Below, piece after piece: positions 1 to 13,596 of a stretch of DNA of 64,000 nucleotides (position 1 is the stretch's first letter; each line of letters starts with the position of its first letter). The notes beneath the pieces were generated by a model, which saw nothing but the letters and a program-made list of their open reading frames with translations, made no database searches and was not told where the DNA came from. The stretch lies in assembly GCA_965113315.1 (NCBI GenBank), contig OZ220365.1. One strand, given 5' to 3'. The translations under genes were made by a program, and so were the position numbers. Source of the stretch: Podarcis vaucheri (lineage: Eukaryota).

Positions 1-280
1 GTTTTATGTTATTCTTAGAGAAAATATTCAGTTACGGTAGCTGGGAGTCCATACCTATTTGCTGCTATGTCTTGTTGTTTATTTCTTGTCAGACAAGCAT
101 TCGAAACCTTTCTAGTTGCAGACATACTTAGATGTGGTAGAAATCATCAACTTTGCCACTGTTTTATCTGAGTTAGAAAAATTACTCTCATGCTAATAAT
201 AATAATGTATTAATGATGCCCTTATCCTCTGGGAAGTTCCACCTGCCAAGAAACCAAATAACAATGATCTCCTCCGAGAA

Positions 281-634
281 GGGATGCAGGTGGCGCTGTG
301 GGTTAAACCACAGAGCCTAGGACTTGCCGATCAGAAGGTCGCGGTTCAAATCCCCATGACGGGGTGAGCTCCCGTTGCTCGGTCCCTGCTCCTGCCAACC
401 TAGCAGTTTGAAAGCACATTAAAGTGCAAGTAGATAAATAGGTACCGCACCGGCGGGAAGGTAAACGGTGTTTCCGTGCGCTGCTCTGGTTCGCCAGAAG
501 CGGCTTAGTCATGCTGGCCACATGACCCGGAAGCTGTACGCCGGCTCCCTCAGCCAATAAAGCAAGATGAGCGCCGCAACCCCAGAGTTGGTCACGACTG
601 GACCTAATGGTCAGGGGTCCCTTTACCTTTACCT
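281..634 (+). mobile_element. Sauria (Squam1-type) SINE, full length
   Basis: tRNA-related head GGGATGCAGGTGGCGCTGTGGGTTAAACC, conserved body and 3' (ACCTTT)n tail. Degenerate TSD cctccgagaa / cctctgagga. Five more copies are in the window. Confidence 0.92.
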
Positions 635-1130
635 CTGAGGAGATCTCTTCTAATTAATCACGTTTTGAAAAGGGGAAGAAACAAGATCAGCAACCTTCTC
701 AGTGTGCCAACCCAAACCTCTGCTGAGCATAAATCAATCAGTTCTGCAACACGCCAAATTAACTAGCCACCAATTTAACCAGAACAAAAATCCTGAGGAT
801 TCATGAGGAAGGAAATCACACAGGTTCTGAGAATGCAAACGCACAACTGCCGCTAATTGCTTTATTAGTATTATTGATTGAATGAAATTAAAGTATTGAA
901 AACTGACTCTTCCAAATGTCAAATGGAATGCATGGTGTCTTCCTAGTGGGAGAAAGAGGCAGGAAAGGCATCCCAGTGCTGAATCAGTAATGTTGTGGTG
1001 GTCACATCTTTTTTAGCAGACTACCGGCCTCAGTGCAAAAACTGTCTGGCAAGTGCCAACAGATGAACAGCAATCACCAGCATACTTCTACAGTGAATGC
1101 TTGCAGTCAACCATTAGCCTTTGGAATTTA

Positions 1131-1207
1131 ACTGAGATTCCTACAGTGCAGGGGGGTGGACTAGATGATCCTCAGGATCCCTTCCAATTCCACAATTCTA
1201 TGATTCT
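1131..1207 (+). mobile_element. CR1-type 3' terminal fragment
   Basis: GGACTAGATGATCCTCAGGATCCCTTCCAA...ATTCTATGATTCT is the typical CR1 3' terminus. Confidence 0.7.
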
Positions 1208-2100
1208 GCAATTCAGTGGAACTCAAGCACTAGAGACAATGTTGGGTGGCAACGAACTGGAAGTTAGGGATCAGTGGTGGATCATGGGGTTTCAAATTTA
1301 TGCAGCGCAAAAATTTGGCGCCCCTCTACCTCTCATGCTCCATTCTAATTAATAGTTGTGGGGGCCCCAAGACTCTGCACCCAGTTGGTCACACCAAATT
1401 GGTCACACTCCCCTAAACCCATCTCTGTAGGGATGACTCATTAATGATGTCACAATCTACTTTGTTGGCCATGCATGAAGTGAAGTCTTGGCTTAGCTGC
1501 ATTCTCTTCCATTGATTTTTTTTTTTTTTGTCCCTCCCCTTCCTTTGTTCAAGATAATTACAGTCAGCATCATGTCGTTTTTTCTATCTATATTATGAAA
1601 ATCCATCCCTTCCTCTCCTTTCTGTTCAGCCAAGACTCTGGTTCATGTCAAGCCACCTTCCTTCCTGTGGCCTTCCTTCGTCTCACCTCAGTTCTCACTC
1701 CTCTGTTTAGAACTCTGACGCCAAAATAATACACCTCTCCCTTCCCCTCCAGCTCTTCTGGTGCTCCTGCTAAAATCCCAGTATTGGTTTCAAACTCTTC
1801 ATGGCTTCATCCCCTCCCCTTATTCTCCCCTCATATGCTAAATATCCCTAGCTGTGATCTTCACTCCTCCAGTTCTACCACCCTTAGCAACCCAAAGTTC
1901 TCTTGCTCTTTTAATTGTCAGACATCCCCCCCGGCTGTCCATTCTGTCCAGAACATCTACCTTGAATATTTTTGTGGTCGGGCTGGTCCTACCATCAGGC
2001 AAAGTGAGGCAACTACTTCAAGGTGGTTGAACAGCTGTGTATGCTACACAGCCTGTCTTGGCTCCCCTAAACCAGCTTGCTGTTTCTGGTACAATGAAAC

Positions 2101-2789
2101 AGGGCATTGTCGGCCAAAGGGTGTTAAAGAAGGACCGAACTTTCTTTATGTATGCGACAACAGCAGCAAGAATACTTATTGCAAAGCACTGGAAGACCCA
2201 AGATTTGCCCACTTTGGAAGAATGGCAGATGCAACTGATAGACTACATGGAATTGGCAGAAATGACTGGCAGAATCCGGGACCTGGGAGAAGAGACGGAG
2301 GAAGAGGACTGGAAAAAGTTTAAGGACTACTTGCAAAAGCATTGTAAACTGTATGAATGCTAAGATAATGCAGAACAGAAAATAATGTGGCACCAGAAAC
2401 TTTAGTTAAGAAGTATGAAAATAAGTGATTTATAAGAATAAGGATGAAATCTTATTGAATATTATGTCAAACAAGTATAAGTATGTGAAAATAGAAATTA
2501 AAATTGGAGGCATAATATGTGAAAACCATAAAGTAAGAGTTGAAAAAAGGTGAAGTATTGCTGACGCAATTTTATAACCGGGAACGCAGAAAAGAGAGAT
2601 GTGAGGAAGTCCCAAAAGAAGGTTATGGAAATATGTTTTCTCTGGAAATTAATTATGCTGTATTTTTATTTATTGTATGTTAATTTTTTGTTGTTTTCTT
2701 TTTTGTTTTGTTTTATGTTGGTGATGGTTTCATGTGTTTGGTGACATATTGTTTAAAATCCTTAATAAATATTTTATTAAAAAAAAAAA
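2101..2789 (+). mobile_element. 5'-truncated L1-clade LINE (ORF2 C-terminus, 3' UTR, poly-A)
   Basis: Peptide GIVGQ..FFMYATTAARILIAKHWK..PTLEEW..DWKKFKDYL ends at 2363. It is followed by an AT-rich UTR, AATAAA at 2764-2769 and an A-tail at 2779-2789. Possible TSD aatgaaa. Confidence 0.85.
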
Positions 2790-4601
2790 TGAAAGATGCT
2801 TTCTCACCACGACGGCTGAAGGGAGATTCAGCAGCCAGTTCAATCGGCTTTTTTACATGGCATGAAGAAGGAATGTTATATTGTGCTTAGCGCAAAATGT
2901 CTTGACCCAGGCCTGATTTCCCCTCTCTTCTTTAGAAATCCCTTTCATGACACCTTTGCCCTTACCCACATTAAAATGAAGTTCTTTTAGTTGCCCAATT
3001 TGGCTTTTACTGACTTTTTCTGTTGCACATTTGAATGTATTTCCCACTTCCATTTTAGGATTGCAACCAAATGCAGACTTTATAGCTTCAATATCAGCCA
3101 ATTATTCTCCTCCTCCCCCTGCGGCCTCACATTGCCCTGCTTACCACCTAGCCTGAGGAACTCAAAAACCTGCACACTGTTTTCTGATATTTTGGTTGTC
3201 CAATTAAAAGTATTACCAAAATATGGATTTAATAATAATCTAAAGCTTCAGGATGTAATACTTTAACACTTCAGAAGATTAAATGCTGGGGCTGGGGGGG
3301 GGGAATACCCCAATATAGCTGAAGCCTTTATCTTGTGCTCATAAAATATACTCATGTGCAGGAAACAGGTTCAAATATTCCCTACAAAATGTAGGCAAAG
3401 CATTTTCCTCTTTTCAGATTATTACTGCAGATACAAAAAGTATGATTCAATAAGATGTCATTTCCATTTTTTCCAAGTAATGTAATGCCACCTCTATCTT
3501 ATTGTGAACAATACTTAATACTTGCTGATTCTTTATGGGTTCTCATGTGTCTGTTTCATGTTTTGTAAATGAGGAATCTTGTTTTTCATGTTCTTAGAGA
3601 AAAGCCTTGAAGATTCTCAGTTTGTGCTCAGTAGCTGATGGATTTACAGTGTTTTCTTCTAGAGAGGCAATAAGTGATCGATAAGCATGCACTAATGTAA
3701 AGGTCATGTTTCAAAGTAGTCTTTTTATAGTCATATTTCCTTGGCTCAAAGCTCCCTTTTTGACCCCTTTCTAGATTAGTGTTCTAGATTAGTGCCAAAA
3801 GCAGAGCTTAACCCCTACCAATAAGTTGTTAATTTTGCTAATGTCTTTGAGCAAAGGAATTAAATATTGCAAGTTTATTAAAAAGTTTATCTTCAATTAA
3901 TAAATGTTGCCTTTATTCACAAGAGGCAAAAAAAACCCCACATAAGAGTATAATAGCTCTGACATAAAACAGATTATATATACAGAGCAATTACAACAAA
4001 ATATCAATATATTGTTTTGTAACCCAAAACTAAAAGTTAAAACACCTAAACTAAACATGGTCTAGAAAGGGCTAAGAATAACATGCTTGTCTCTTTAAAA
4101 AAAAAAATTCCATGTACATGACACAATGGCCTAGCCTCAACATCACACAGCAACCCCACAGCAACATTTCAAACATCCTCTATGTGCAAAGGCCAATGTT
4201 TCTTTCCAATGGTTCTGCTTACCAATAGTAGATTAAAAATCTCTCTCACTTTGATTTCAACCTTCCTGGGATGTTGGAAAGTGCCAACAGACTGTTGCCA
4301 TCTATGTACATGCTGGACATGCCATTTCCCATGTGTCAAAACTCTGTCACTAGTGGTGCTCCTAATCTCACATGGCCGTACCTGATTGGAGGATGTACCT
4401 CCCCTGTTAAGCCCCTCCTCGGATGCCAATGAACATTTGTTATCTAATGAATATCAAAGGCGAACCTTGCTCTTCACAGGTCAGTTTGAAGGTCCTGTTT
4501 AAGCTTAGCTTAAGGTTACGTACTATGTTTTATTGTTTCTTTTTAGTGGCGCCTATCTGTTTCCCTCCTCATCACTTATATCTCCATTCCCAATCTCAAT
4601 A

Positions 4602-4946
4602 CAGTGGTGCCCCGCAAGACGAATGCCTCGCAAGACGGAAAACCCGCTAGACGAAAGTGTTTTCCGTTTTTGAGCTGCTTCGCAAGACGAATTTCCCTAT
4701 GGGCTTGCTTCGCAACACGAAAACGTCTTGCGAGTGTTCCGATTTTTTTTCGCTCCCCCCCCTTTTTCTAAGCCGCTAAGCCGCTAATAGCCTTTTAGCC
4801 GCTAAGCCTTTAATAGCCGCTAGTCCGCTAAACCACTAATAGCGCTAATCCGCTAAGCTGCTAATAGGGTTGCTTCGCAAGACGAAAAAACCGCTAGACG
4901 AAGAGACTCGTGGAACAGATTATTTTCGTCTTGCAAGGCACCACTG
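4602..4946. mobile_element. Tc1/mariner (Tigger/pogo-like) MITE
   Basis: TIRs CAGTGGTGCCCCGCAAGACGAA ... TTCGTCTTGCAAGGCACCACTG, flanked by TA on both sides. Confidence 0.88.
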
Positions 4947-6360
4947 TAAAGCTTAATTTGGAACCTAACGTTTAAGCGTATTATTTTGACAATACTGTAC
5001 AAAGTTCTTTTTCCTGCATGCCAGCACACACAATATGCTTCGACCGAAGGGAGGTGAGGGGAAAACTGGTTCAGAAGCAACTTGGGAGGTGGCTGGTAGT
5101 TCCCAGGCTGAAAATTGACCTGTATTATTGGAGTTCCTCTCACTTAGGAGTAAAATGAGGGGTAGTGGCAGACATAAGTGGGGTGTTGCAGGCTGGCCTC
5201 AGCCTTGCAGCTGCAGAATAATTTCTGTATCAGCAGGCTGAGTGGTGGTGGGGATGGGAATCTGGTTGACAAAATAGTTGCAGGCATGAATAATGGAAAT
5301 AAAAGATGGTTCCATTTTATCTAGAATGCCACAAATACTGAAAGAAATGTCACTGGATATATTTGATGAATTCAAGCTGCCGTGTGGCATTAAGCTGCCC
5401 TTAACAGGAGAAATTTTGCCACCCATCAGCCTTCTTTTTTAAGCCTATTGATAAGACAATGGATTGTCTCCATATGCCCATATTTAACTGAAAGGGTTTA
5501 AAGCATGGGTCTTTTAGGTTTTTATTTGTGTTGTTGAGTTTTGTAATGTTGAATTTGTCTTTACTTTTTTTGTAAGCTGCCCTGAAAATTTCATCCGGCA
5601 CTGGAGGGTGAGGTATAAATCTTAGAAGAAAGTAAATAGCAAACCAAACCTCCCAAAAATGTGTTGTCCCCCTTAGAGAAAGTTGGTCTTTCAAGCGCTA
5701 TGGGTTGATAGCTCCTACAAATATCTTGTGGCAATTGGCACAGACTTTATAAAGTTGCATGGTGGCAGATTCGGAACAGAATTATAAGAATGCAGGGGCC
5801 CAGTTGAAATTTATGGGATTCTTTCTGACCATAAAAGAAAGCTTTCTGTCCTGACTTCACTGGCCATGACATAGTCTGAGCCTGCAGTCATAGAATTGTG
5901 AGGATTATCTTGCAATAAAGACAAGGTGATGTATGGAGCATTGCTTTGGATATAAAAAGTTTCAGCTTACATCTTCCCTAGGTAAAAGGGAAATATGATC
6001 CAAAGGATATGCCCACCTACTCTTTAATATTTCTATTCTACTCCTTAGCTTTAATATTTATTCATTCAGTTTACATAGAAAGGAAATGGAATAAAATACC
6101 AAGTACAAGTGGAATAAAGTATAAAATACAAATACAAAAATATGATAAAAACTACATCAGTAGGCAGTAAGAGTTAGAACAAGAGACAAAAAATAATAAA
6201 CATATAGTGATGTTCATGCCAGACCAGCTTCCCAGTGGAAGAAATTCCACCAGCACTACTGAAATGGTCCTCTCTTTGATCACCACCCGCTGTGGCAAGC
6301 ACACCTGAAGATGACCTCAACATAAAAGCATGCTACTAAAACTAAGTAAAGATTAACTAA

Positions 6361-6720
6361 CGAAGAATTGATGCTTTTGAATTATGGTGCTGGAGAGTCC
6401 CATGGACTGCAAGAAGATCAAACCTATCCATTCTGAAGGAAATCAGCCCTGAGTGCTCACTGGAAGGACAGATCCTGAAGCTGAGGCTCCAATACTTTGG
6501 CCACCTCATGAGAAGAGAAGACTCCCTGGAAAACACCCTGATGTTGGGAAAGATGGAGGGCACAAGGAGAAGGGGACAACAGAGGACGAGATGGTTGGAC
6601 AGTGTTCTCGAAGCTACAAACATGAGTCTGATCAAACTGCGGGAGGCAGTGGAAGACAGGAGTGCCTGGCGTGCCCTGGTCCATGGGGTCACGAGGAGTC
6701 GGACACGACTAAACAACAAC
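6361..6720 (+). mobile_element. Bov-B (RTE) LINE 3' fragment
   Basis: Encodes MRREDSLENTLMLGKMEG.RRRG.QR.RWLD, ends GGGGTCACGAGGAGTCGGACACGACTAAACAACAAC, and has a possible TSD aaaactaag. Confidence 0.93.
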
Positions 6721-7199
6721 AAAACTAAGAGCATAAGATCACAAGGAGAACCTGCTGACTCATCTACTTCAACATCCTGTTCTTACAGTGGCCAACCAGA
6801 TGCCCGTGGGAAACCTGCAAGCATAAGCTGGCATTAAGATATACTTGAATGACTATATCTGAATTAAGATCCTCAAGCTACATAGCAATAGTTGGTGGAA
6901 AGAGATGTTTCTGATGAACTCAGAAATCACCACTTCTAAGGTGTTTTGAGTGGGTCTGGAGTTGCTTCAGGTGAAGCCATAGTACACTATAAAATGCCAG
7001 GCAGAGAAAGCATAATTCTAAGTTTGCTAAAATTATTTTCCGGCATGTTTTACATGCAGCAGCACAGCTATATGAGATATTAATTATCACATTTTGTTTT
7101 GTTTTTGTTCTTTGCTTTGTTATGTATTTTGTGTTTTTATACTGTGAACTGCCCTGAGATCTTTGGATGAATGGTGATATACAAAGTTTAAAAATATTA

Positions 7200-7442
7200 C
7201 AGTGGCACCTCAGGTTAAGTACTTAATTCGTTCCGGAGGTCTGTACTTAACCTGAAAACTGTTCTTAACCTGAAGCACCACTTTAGCTAATGGGGCCTCC
7301 TGCTGCCGCCGCGCTGCCGGAGCACGATTTCTGTTCTCATCCTGAAGCAAAGTTCTTAACCTGAAGCACTATTTCTGGGTTAGCGGAGTCTGTAACCTGA
7401 AGCGTATGTAACCTGAAGCGTATGTAACCCGAGGTACCACTG
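7200..7442. mobile_element. Tc1/mariner (Tigger-like) MITE, second family
   Basis: TA-CAGTGGCACCTCAGGTTA ... TAACCCGAGGTACCACTG-TA with internal TAACCTGAAG repeats. Same family as 41962-42183. Confidence 0.88.
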
Positions 7443-9055
7443 TAATTGTTTAATTAATTATGCAGTTTGCTATTGAGTGTGACCTAAAGTTTTGAGGGGA
7501 AGGTACCTAAATCAGGACTCTGGAATGGAAGTACGGGGCTTTAACCCTTTTCCCCTGCTGTGGTCTAGACAGGGTGTGTGTGTGTTCTGCATCCTGCATT
7601 GTAAGCTCTTTCCCCCATTACAAATTGCAGGCATAAGTGGGGAAGAGCCCTGATTCATATCAGAATTGCAGTAGGGACTGAAGGGTTAAAATCTCCCTAT
7701 CTCCCATCCCAGAGTCTTGATCTAGATCAAGTACGCCACACAGGCAATTTGTGAAATAAAGAGCTTTCACTCAAAGGCTAACTAAATGATTAAAAACACA
7801 GGTAGTTTAATATTAAGTTACATGTAGAAACACCATATACTATGGATGCAAAGAACAGAGGGGGTTTTTCCACAGTGATGAAGATCCATGCTTATTCAGG
7901 TCTGTGGCATTAGATGCACCAACATTTGACAAAAGTTGGGAAATTTCTATGCTATATCTTCTAAACACATTGAATCAACACTTGTCAAATGTTAAATTAT
8001 AGAATCTGGTGGAAAACTCACCCCAGAACAGGTGTGCATGAAAAAGAGTCAGATCTCATAAGTGTTCCAATGCAGTAATTTATCAACAAATCACACTATA
8101 AAACTCTCAACTAATTACAAGAGTCGCTTCCTCTTTTTCTGCTGACTATTAGTCATGTAAACTTGATGAAAAACACTTCGTATGCCGTAAACATATCAAA
8201 ATGCTAGAAACAAGGAAGTCAAAATAACAGCTGCATAATAATTGCTGCAGTAGTCACTAAACTGAAGTTGGTTGTTTTTTTCCTCTCTTTTATTGATCTA
8301 CAAAACATCTAAGGCAATATTACTAACAGTCTTTGAAATAAAGGACTGAGGGGTAGAAGGGGGAACACGGGAGAAGGGAGGTACGTTAAAAACACCTTTC
8401 AATTTCACCTATCATTCCATAAAATGGGACTCTATGGTGCAGCCAACTGCACTAATTTCAAAAGGAAAGCTTGCATTGACTGGAAAAATTGCCCCAAAAT
8501 TAGATGATCTGGTGATGCATCACAATTGAATTCAAAGATGATGTGCCATGTTCTTTATGACACTAAGCAGAAGCACTAAATGACAGAGGTTCTAAAGGGT
8601 TCTAAACATGGAGGGAACCAACACAAGTGGAACAGGTACTCCGCTCCAGAAATAATTCCTTGGCCTCATGGAAGATGACAGTGATGTGTTAGTGATGCTA
8701 GGATGATCATCTCTACGCTCTCTCCTTCATATCATGAAGCACTTAGAACTCATGAATAGAGCTTTCACGGACTAATCTTATGAGTTTCAGCTGATTTATC
8801 AGTTAATCTACTAAATACTCAATAAATGTATATATGGGTAAAAGCAGCTCTCCGAAGCAGAAAACATACTCACTTTGTTTTAAGTTTGCACATGAATATG
8901 TAGTAGCAGCTATGATATTACAAGAGGAATCCATTCTTTTTGTGAGAGAAAGCATTGAATACTTATTTTTAAATGGTGTTTGGTATCTGCATTTTTTATA
9001 AGTACCTGTATTATTATTTTTAACTGCAATCCAATTACTCAGGCATACCTTAGAC

Positions 9056-9180
9056 CACCGATGGCCAAACTTGGCCCTCCAGGTATTTTGGGACTACAAC
9101 TCCCATCATCCCTAGCTAACAGGACCAGTGGTCAGGGATGATGTGAACTGTAATCCCAAAACAGCTGGAGGGCCAAGTTG
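9056..9180. mobile_element. Palindromic hAT-type MITE (degraded copy)
   Basis: Same sequence family as 59685-59820 (GGGACTACAACTCCCATCATCCCT ... inverted copy). Confidence 0.75.
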
Positions 9181-9730
9181 AGTGATCCAATCAATCAATC
9201 AATTAATCAATCAAAGGTTATTTATTTATTGTGGTTAATGGGAATCTGTGCATAAAAACTGGTGACCAAGCACATTCACATTAAGGTATGGAGAATAAAC
9301 TGACTGAATACATTTTCACTTCGTCAAAATGCATAGGCTCGGGTACATATTAACAACACAATTCTATACATGTTTACTCAGAAATAAGTCACACTGAATC
9401 CCATTGGACTTATTCCCAATAAAGTAGGTATAAGACTTCAGTCTAAATCAGTTGAATGTAGTCCTAATTTAAATCAATGGAGTAAATTATTAATGACTTA
9501 TCGTTTTATTTTATTTTTAATTTCCATACTGCCCTTCATCCAAGGATCACGGGGCAGTTTACAATATAGAAAATATAAAACACATAAAGTAGTAACAAAC
9601 AAAAACAATACCCGCCCCCCAATTTTAAAGGCCTCCCTAGAGAGAACATGCCCCAAGTTTCAATGGAAACTATGTTCAAGTAATACTGGTGTACATAGTT
9701 TTGTATATGTATGTACTGTATTCCCACCTT

Positions 9731-9976
9731 GAGAGCCAGTGTGGTGTAGTGGTTAAGAGCGGTAGTCTTGCAATCTGGGGAACTGGGTTCGCGTCTCCGC
9801 TCCTCCACATGCAGCTGCTGGGTGACCTTGGGCCAGTCACACTTCTTTGAAGTCTCTCAGCCCCACTCACCTCACAGAGTGTTTGTTGTGGGGGAGGAAG
9901 GGAAAGGAGATTGTTAGCCACTTTGAGACTCCTTAGGGTAGTGATAAAGCGGGATATCAAATCCAAATCCAAATCC
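9731..9976 (+). mobile_element. tRNA-derived SINE with L2-type tail (Squam3/Anolis SINE2-like)
   Basis: Box A TGGTGTAGTGG, box B-like GGTTCGCGTCT, GGGTGACCTTGGGCCAGTCAC core, and tail GTTAGCCACTTTGAGACTCC...(ATCCAA)n. Confidence 0.85.
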
Positions 9977-10551
9977 TTGGGAACCTGCATATTGCCTGAA
10001 TAATGTACACAATGGTTTTAAAGGCTAAAAATATTAATTGAGAAAAAATACAAGAGGTTGTTGCACTGGTGTTTATTCATAACAACCAGGCAATCGGCAA
10101 AATCCACTCGCCTCACCTTCCTGTCAATGAAGGGATCTCATCTTAATTCCAAGTGAACATCTGAAGCAATGTACAATTTTTTTCCTTAGTATGCATTTCA
10201 ACTCCTCTACTTCCTGAGGTGATGCTCTGTTTACAGGCCTGTTTACAAAAAAACGTGTTTGCTCTCTTTAGCCAAGGAACAGAAGAACATGAAGAAAATT
10301 CCTCCTCATACCACTTAAATTTGTCACAGCTTATTATTCCTCAGTTGTGGCCCTAAAACAAAAGGAGACAACTATCTGCTCTTCAGCATGAGCTATTCAT
10401 GTCACACGTGAGAAATTAAACAGAATATTCATTGCATATACTGTATAACCACAGCCTTTTGCCTTGAAAACAATTAGCAACATTCCAGTTATTTCTTATG
10501 TTATTTTATTATTTCCTTACTGCCATTTGTATGCTACTCTACAAAAAATTT

Positions 10552-10880
10552 CTGGGTGCTCACAAAGCCACTTCCGCCCTATGGAGGAGGTAGGGTTGCG
10601 GGCGTCACGGCCCCGACACGAGCACACCGGCTGGAACCAGCCCCTGCACGATTGGGGGGATTCCTGGCCGCGTCATCCCCTGGCCAGCCAATCGGCTGGC
10701 TCAGGGGGCGTGGCCTGCCCTATTTAAGGCAGGACGCGGCCGGGGATCTCCCTCTTTGCCGCCTGCCAATAACAGCTCATCACCTGTAACCAATAAAGTT
10801 GTGCTCTTATTTAGCCCATTAACCTTAATAATTGTGCCTGTCATTATTTCCACTGGTGGGGGCGGGAACTCGCCACGCAA
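10552..10880 (+). mobile_element. LTR-like terminal-repeat fragment (solo LTR or DIRS/Ngaro-type repeat)
   Basis: CpG-rich patch with CCAAT (10688), GC box (10704), TATTTAA (10721) and AATAAA (10792) in LTR order. Boundaries are uncertain. Confidence 0.55.
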
Positions 10881-11203
10881 TAAATTTAACTGCAAAATGA
10901 ACCATAATCTATCAATTCAAAGGCAACGCAAATTCCTCAGTGACTGATCACACCCCCACAGTTACAACTCAGACTTTAAAAATGTGGGTCTAAGATGGTA
11001 TGCATTATCTAAATGGCCTTGGTAGATAGAAAGATCTTCACCTTATGTGAAATAAGATAACAAGGTGATGTCAGACAGTAACCCTTGGAAAGCTTGTCCC
11101 ATTGCCAGGGTGTCAGCTGACAAATAGGCCCTCTCCTTGGTGGGTTTCCACCTCACTTGATTCTGCAGGGCACTCTGAGCAAGGCGTCCAAGGAGGATCT
11201 TAT

Positions 11204-11349
11204 GCTTTGGCTCAGTTGCTTAGAGCGTGGTGGTGATGACGCCAAGGTTGAAGGTTCATCCTTGTATGGGGCAGCTCCATATTCCTGCACTGCAGGGAGT
11301 TGGACTAGAGGATCCTCAGAGTCCCTTCCAACCCTACAATTCTATGATA
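11204..11349 (+). mobile_element. tRNA-derived SINE with CR1-like 3' tail
   Basis: Head TGGCTCAGTTGCTTAGAGCGTGG..AGGTTCATCC followed by GGACTAGAGGATCCTCAGAGTCCCTTCCAACCCTACAATTCTATGAT. Confidence 0.75.
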
Positions 11350-12626
11350 AGGGTAAGTACTGCTCATGCAGAAAGAGCTATGAGCCTGTGGATCCTTCAG
11401 TGGATGCTTCGTTCATTGTATATCTTGCATGTTTAAAGAATGATGCTCCTCTCTGCTGCCCAAAATCAGGGCCATTTTAATTATGTATGTTTAAATTATC
11501 TGAGGGAGAACAGAACCACTAGCATAACAGATTTTAACCTGTGGCAATGCCCACCAAGCAGCCATCTTCTAAAACCCCATTTATTTGGAGATTGACTTGG
11601 CCAGGATACGGACTTGGCACAAAGAATGCCAAAATTGGACATTTACCAGTCTATCACAGCAAACAGTAGCATTTTATTAGAACATGCTCGAAAATAATTC
11701 ATGTTATATTCGTAAAGATAAAGGATTCACAATCATGAGAGAGCTTTTGAAATGTTAGTTTCCACTGGCGAATTACAATGCAATTTTCTAGCCAACTAAT
11801 TTCACTCAAAAAGATAATGACTTGAGCAAAAAGCTAATCAACTGCCAATCAGGAATCCTTGAAGCAGAGAATGTAAAATATTGAAGCCATTTTTACAAGT
11901 CATAAAAAACACTTATGTTCCATGATATGTCATAAAATCTGTGATGGAAATCTGAAGTTGATGAAGCATTCTTATTTCTCCAGTGATTTCCCTAAACAAA
12001 CAGCTTTCAAGTTTAACCAAATCTTCCATTAATATTCAGGCCAATTTAAGGAGCATCAATGCTACACAATTAACTGTGTAAATGTCAGCAAGAGAACTAA
12101 ACAGATTAATCATCTGTCTTGTTTTGCCTACCTGTCAATGCTACTAATTTCCCTGGGGGGAGGGGTTGGCTGGGGGCAAAGGTAAAACTTCACCTTTGAA
12201 GTACAGATTTTTAATCACAGTCACAGGAAGATACAGCAAATCACCAGAAGGTGTAATTTACACTTAATTTGCACTCTCATTATTACCATAGTCTATATCA
12301 TTCAATTTGCACATTTCCTTGACAGATTCTCTATAATTTCAAAACGAGTCCATTGAAAATGCTAAGAGTCCTACACAGTAGATTAATGAAAAGGCATCAT
12401 GGTTCCACAAGGCAAAACAAACATTTACTAACGTTTTTCTTTCTTTTCTCTCTTTCACTTCAAATTTTAAATCAAATAATGATTTGTTCATATTTCTGCT
12501 TTGCAACTAATGCACCTTTCAGGGCGGGTCTGCCATACATACGCATTAAGGAAATAATGACACCCACCTGTTTGTCATTCCAAGCAATGTGCAACTTCAT
12601 TAATTAATGGCCTAGTTTGCACATAA

Positions 12627-12966
12627 GGTACAGATAAAGGTACCCCTGACCGTTAGGTCCAGTCGCAGACGACTCTGGGGTTGTGGCGCTCATCTCGCTC
12701 TATAGGCCAAGGAGCCGGCATTTGTCCGCAGGCAGCTTCCGGGTCATGTGGCGAACCAGAGCAGCGCACAGAAATACCGTTTACCTTCCTGCTGGAGCAG
12801 TACCTATTTATCTACTTGCACTTTTGACATGCTTTAGAACTGCTAGGTTGGCAGGAGCTGGGACCAAGCAACGGGAACTCACCCTGCCAAGGAGATTCGA
12901 ACCACCGACCTTCTGATCGGCAAGCACTAGGCTCAACCGTTTAGACCACAGCGCTACCCGCGTCCC
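12627..12966 (-). mobile_element. Sauria SINE
   Basis: Reverse complement of the 281-634 family with a small internal deletion. TSD cacataa. Confidence 0.9.
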
Positions 12967-13551
12967 CCACATAATGCTAAGCAATTAATGACTAAGAGCA
13001 AACATCTAAGCATGCAGACTCCAGTAGAGCAGACTGCAGCTGCTTTACTCCTTTCCTTGTTGCTCTGGCACTGTGCTGCACAAAACTAAGCCATAGTTTG
13101 GTTTAGCATATCATCTGAAGTGAGGCTTGCACTTCAGCTTTCTCAGGTGGACTCTCACAGGAGATTTGCCCAAGCAGATTCAACTGAATGAACAACATAC
13201 AGAGCTTTGCTGGTTTCACTCTTGGAATAACTTGATATGGAATGAGCTTTTGATTCCTAAAATATTCCACCTAGGCATGTCAAAGGGAGATGTGAGGTAG
13301 CAAGACCCCCTCAACTGGACTGGGTGGGAGCAACTCTCACTTCAATCATTCTCTCCCACAACTGTTACCTGAAGTGATCATTGCTCATGACCAATATGTA
13401 ACTTCATTATGTAGCAATATGAAAGTTTTGGCACTTGCATTTGCTTATTTTCTCTTCACTGTCCTTTTTGCATTGTGTCTATTAAAAATCAAGTGGACTT
13501 AAACTGCAAATCATCTTGAGTGCTTTGGCACAAAGGTGGCATACAAATGTA

Positions 13552-13596
13552 GAAGGAAGGAAGGAAGGAAGGAAGGAAGGAAGGAAGGAAGGAAGG
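13552..13596. repeat. (GGAA)n microsatellite
   Basis: Direct tandem run. Confidence 0.95.

Noticed and set aside
303-557. Recurrent similar ORFs (also 12683, 23046, 28679, 46689, 47634) suggesting a gene family
   Set aside because: All are translations of Sauria SINE copies.
4770-4866. CRISPR-like or telomere-like array
   Set aside because: The units are about 8-9 bp with no unique spacers, lie inside a MITE, and the context is eukaryotic.
6357-6734. 125-aa ORF with a hydrophobic, signal-peptide-like start
   Set aside because: Antisense reading of the Bov-B 3' end and its (AAC)n tail.
9731-9805. tRNA gene
   Set aside because: Box A/B are present, but the sequence continues into a SINE body and tail and does not form a full cloverleaf.
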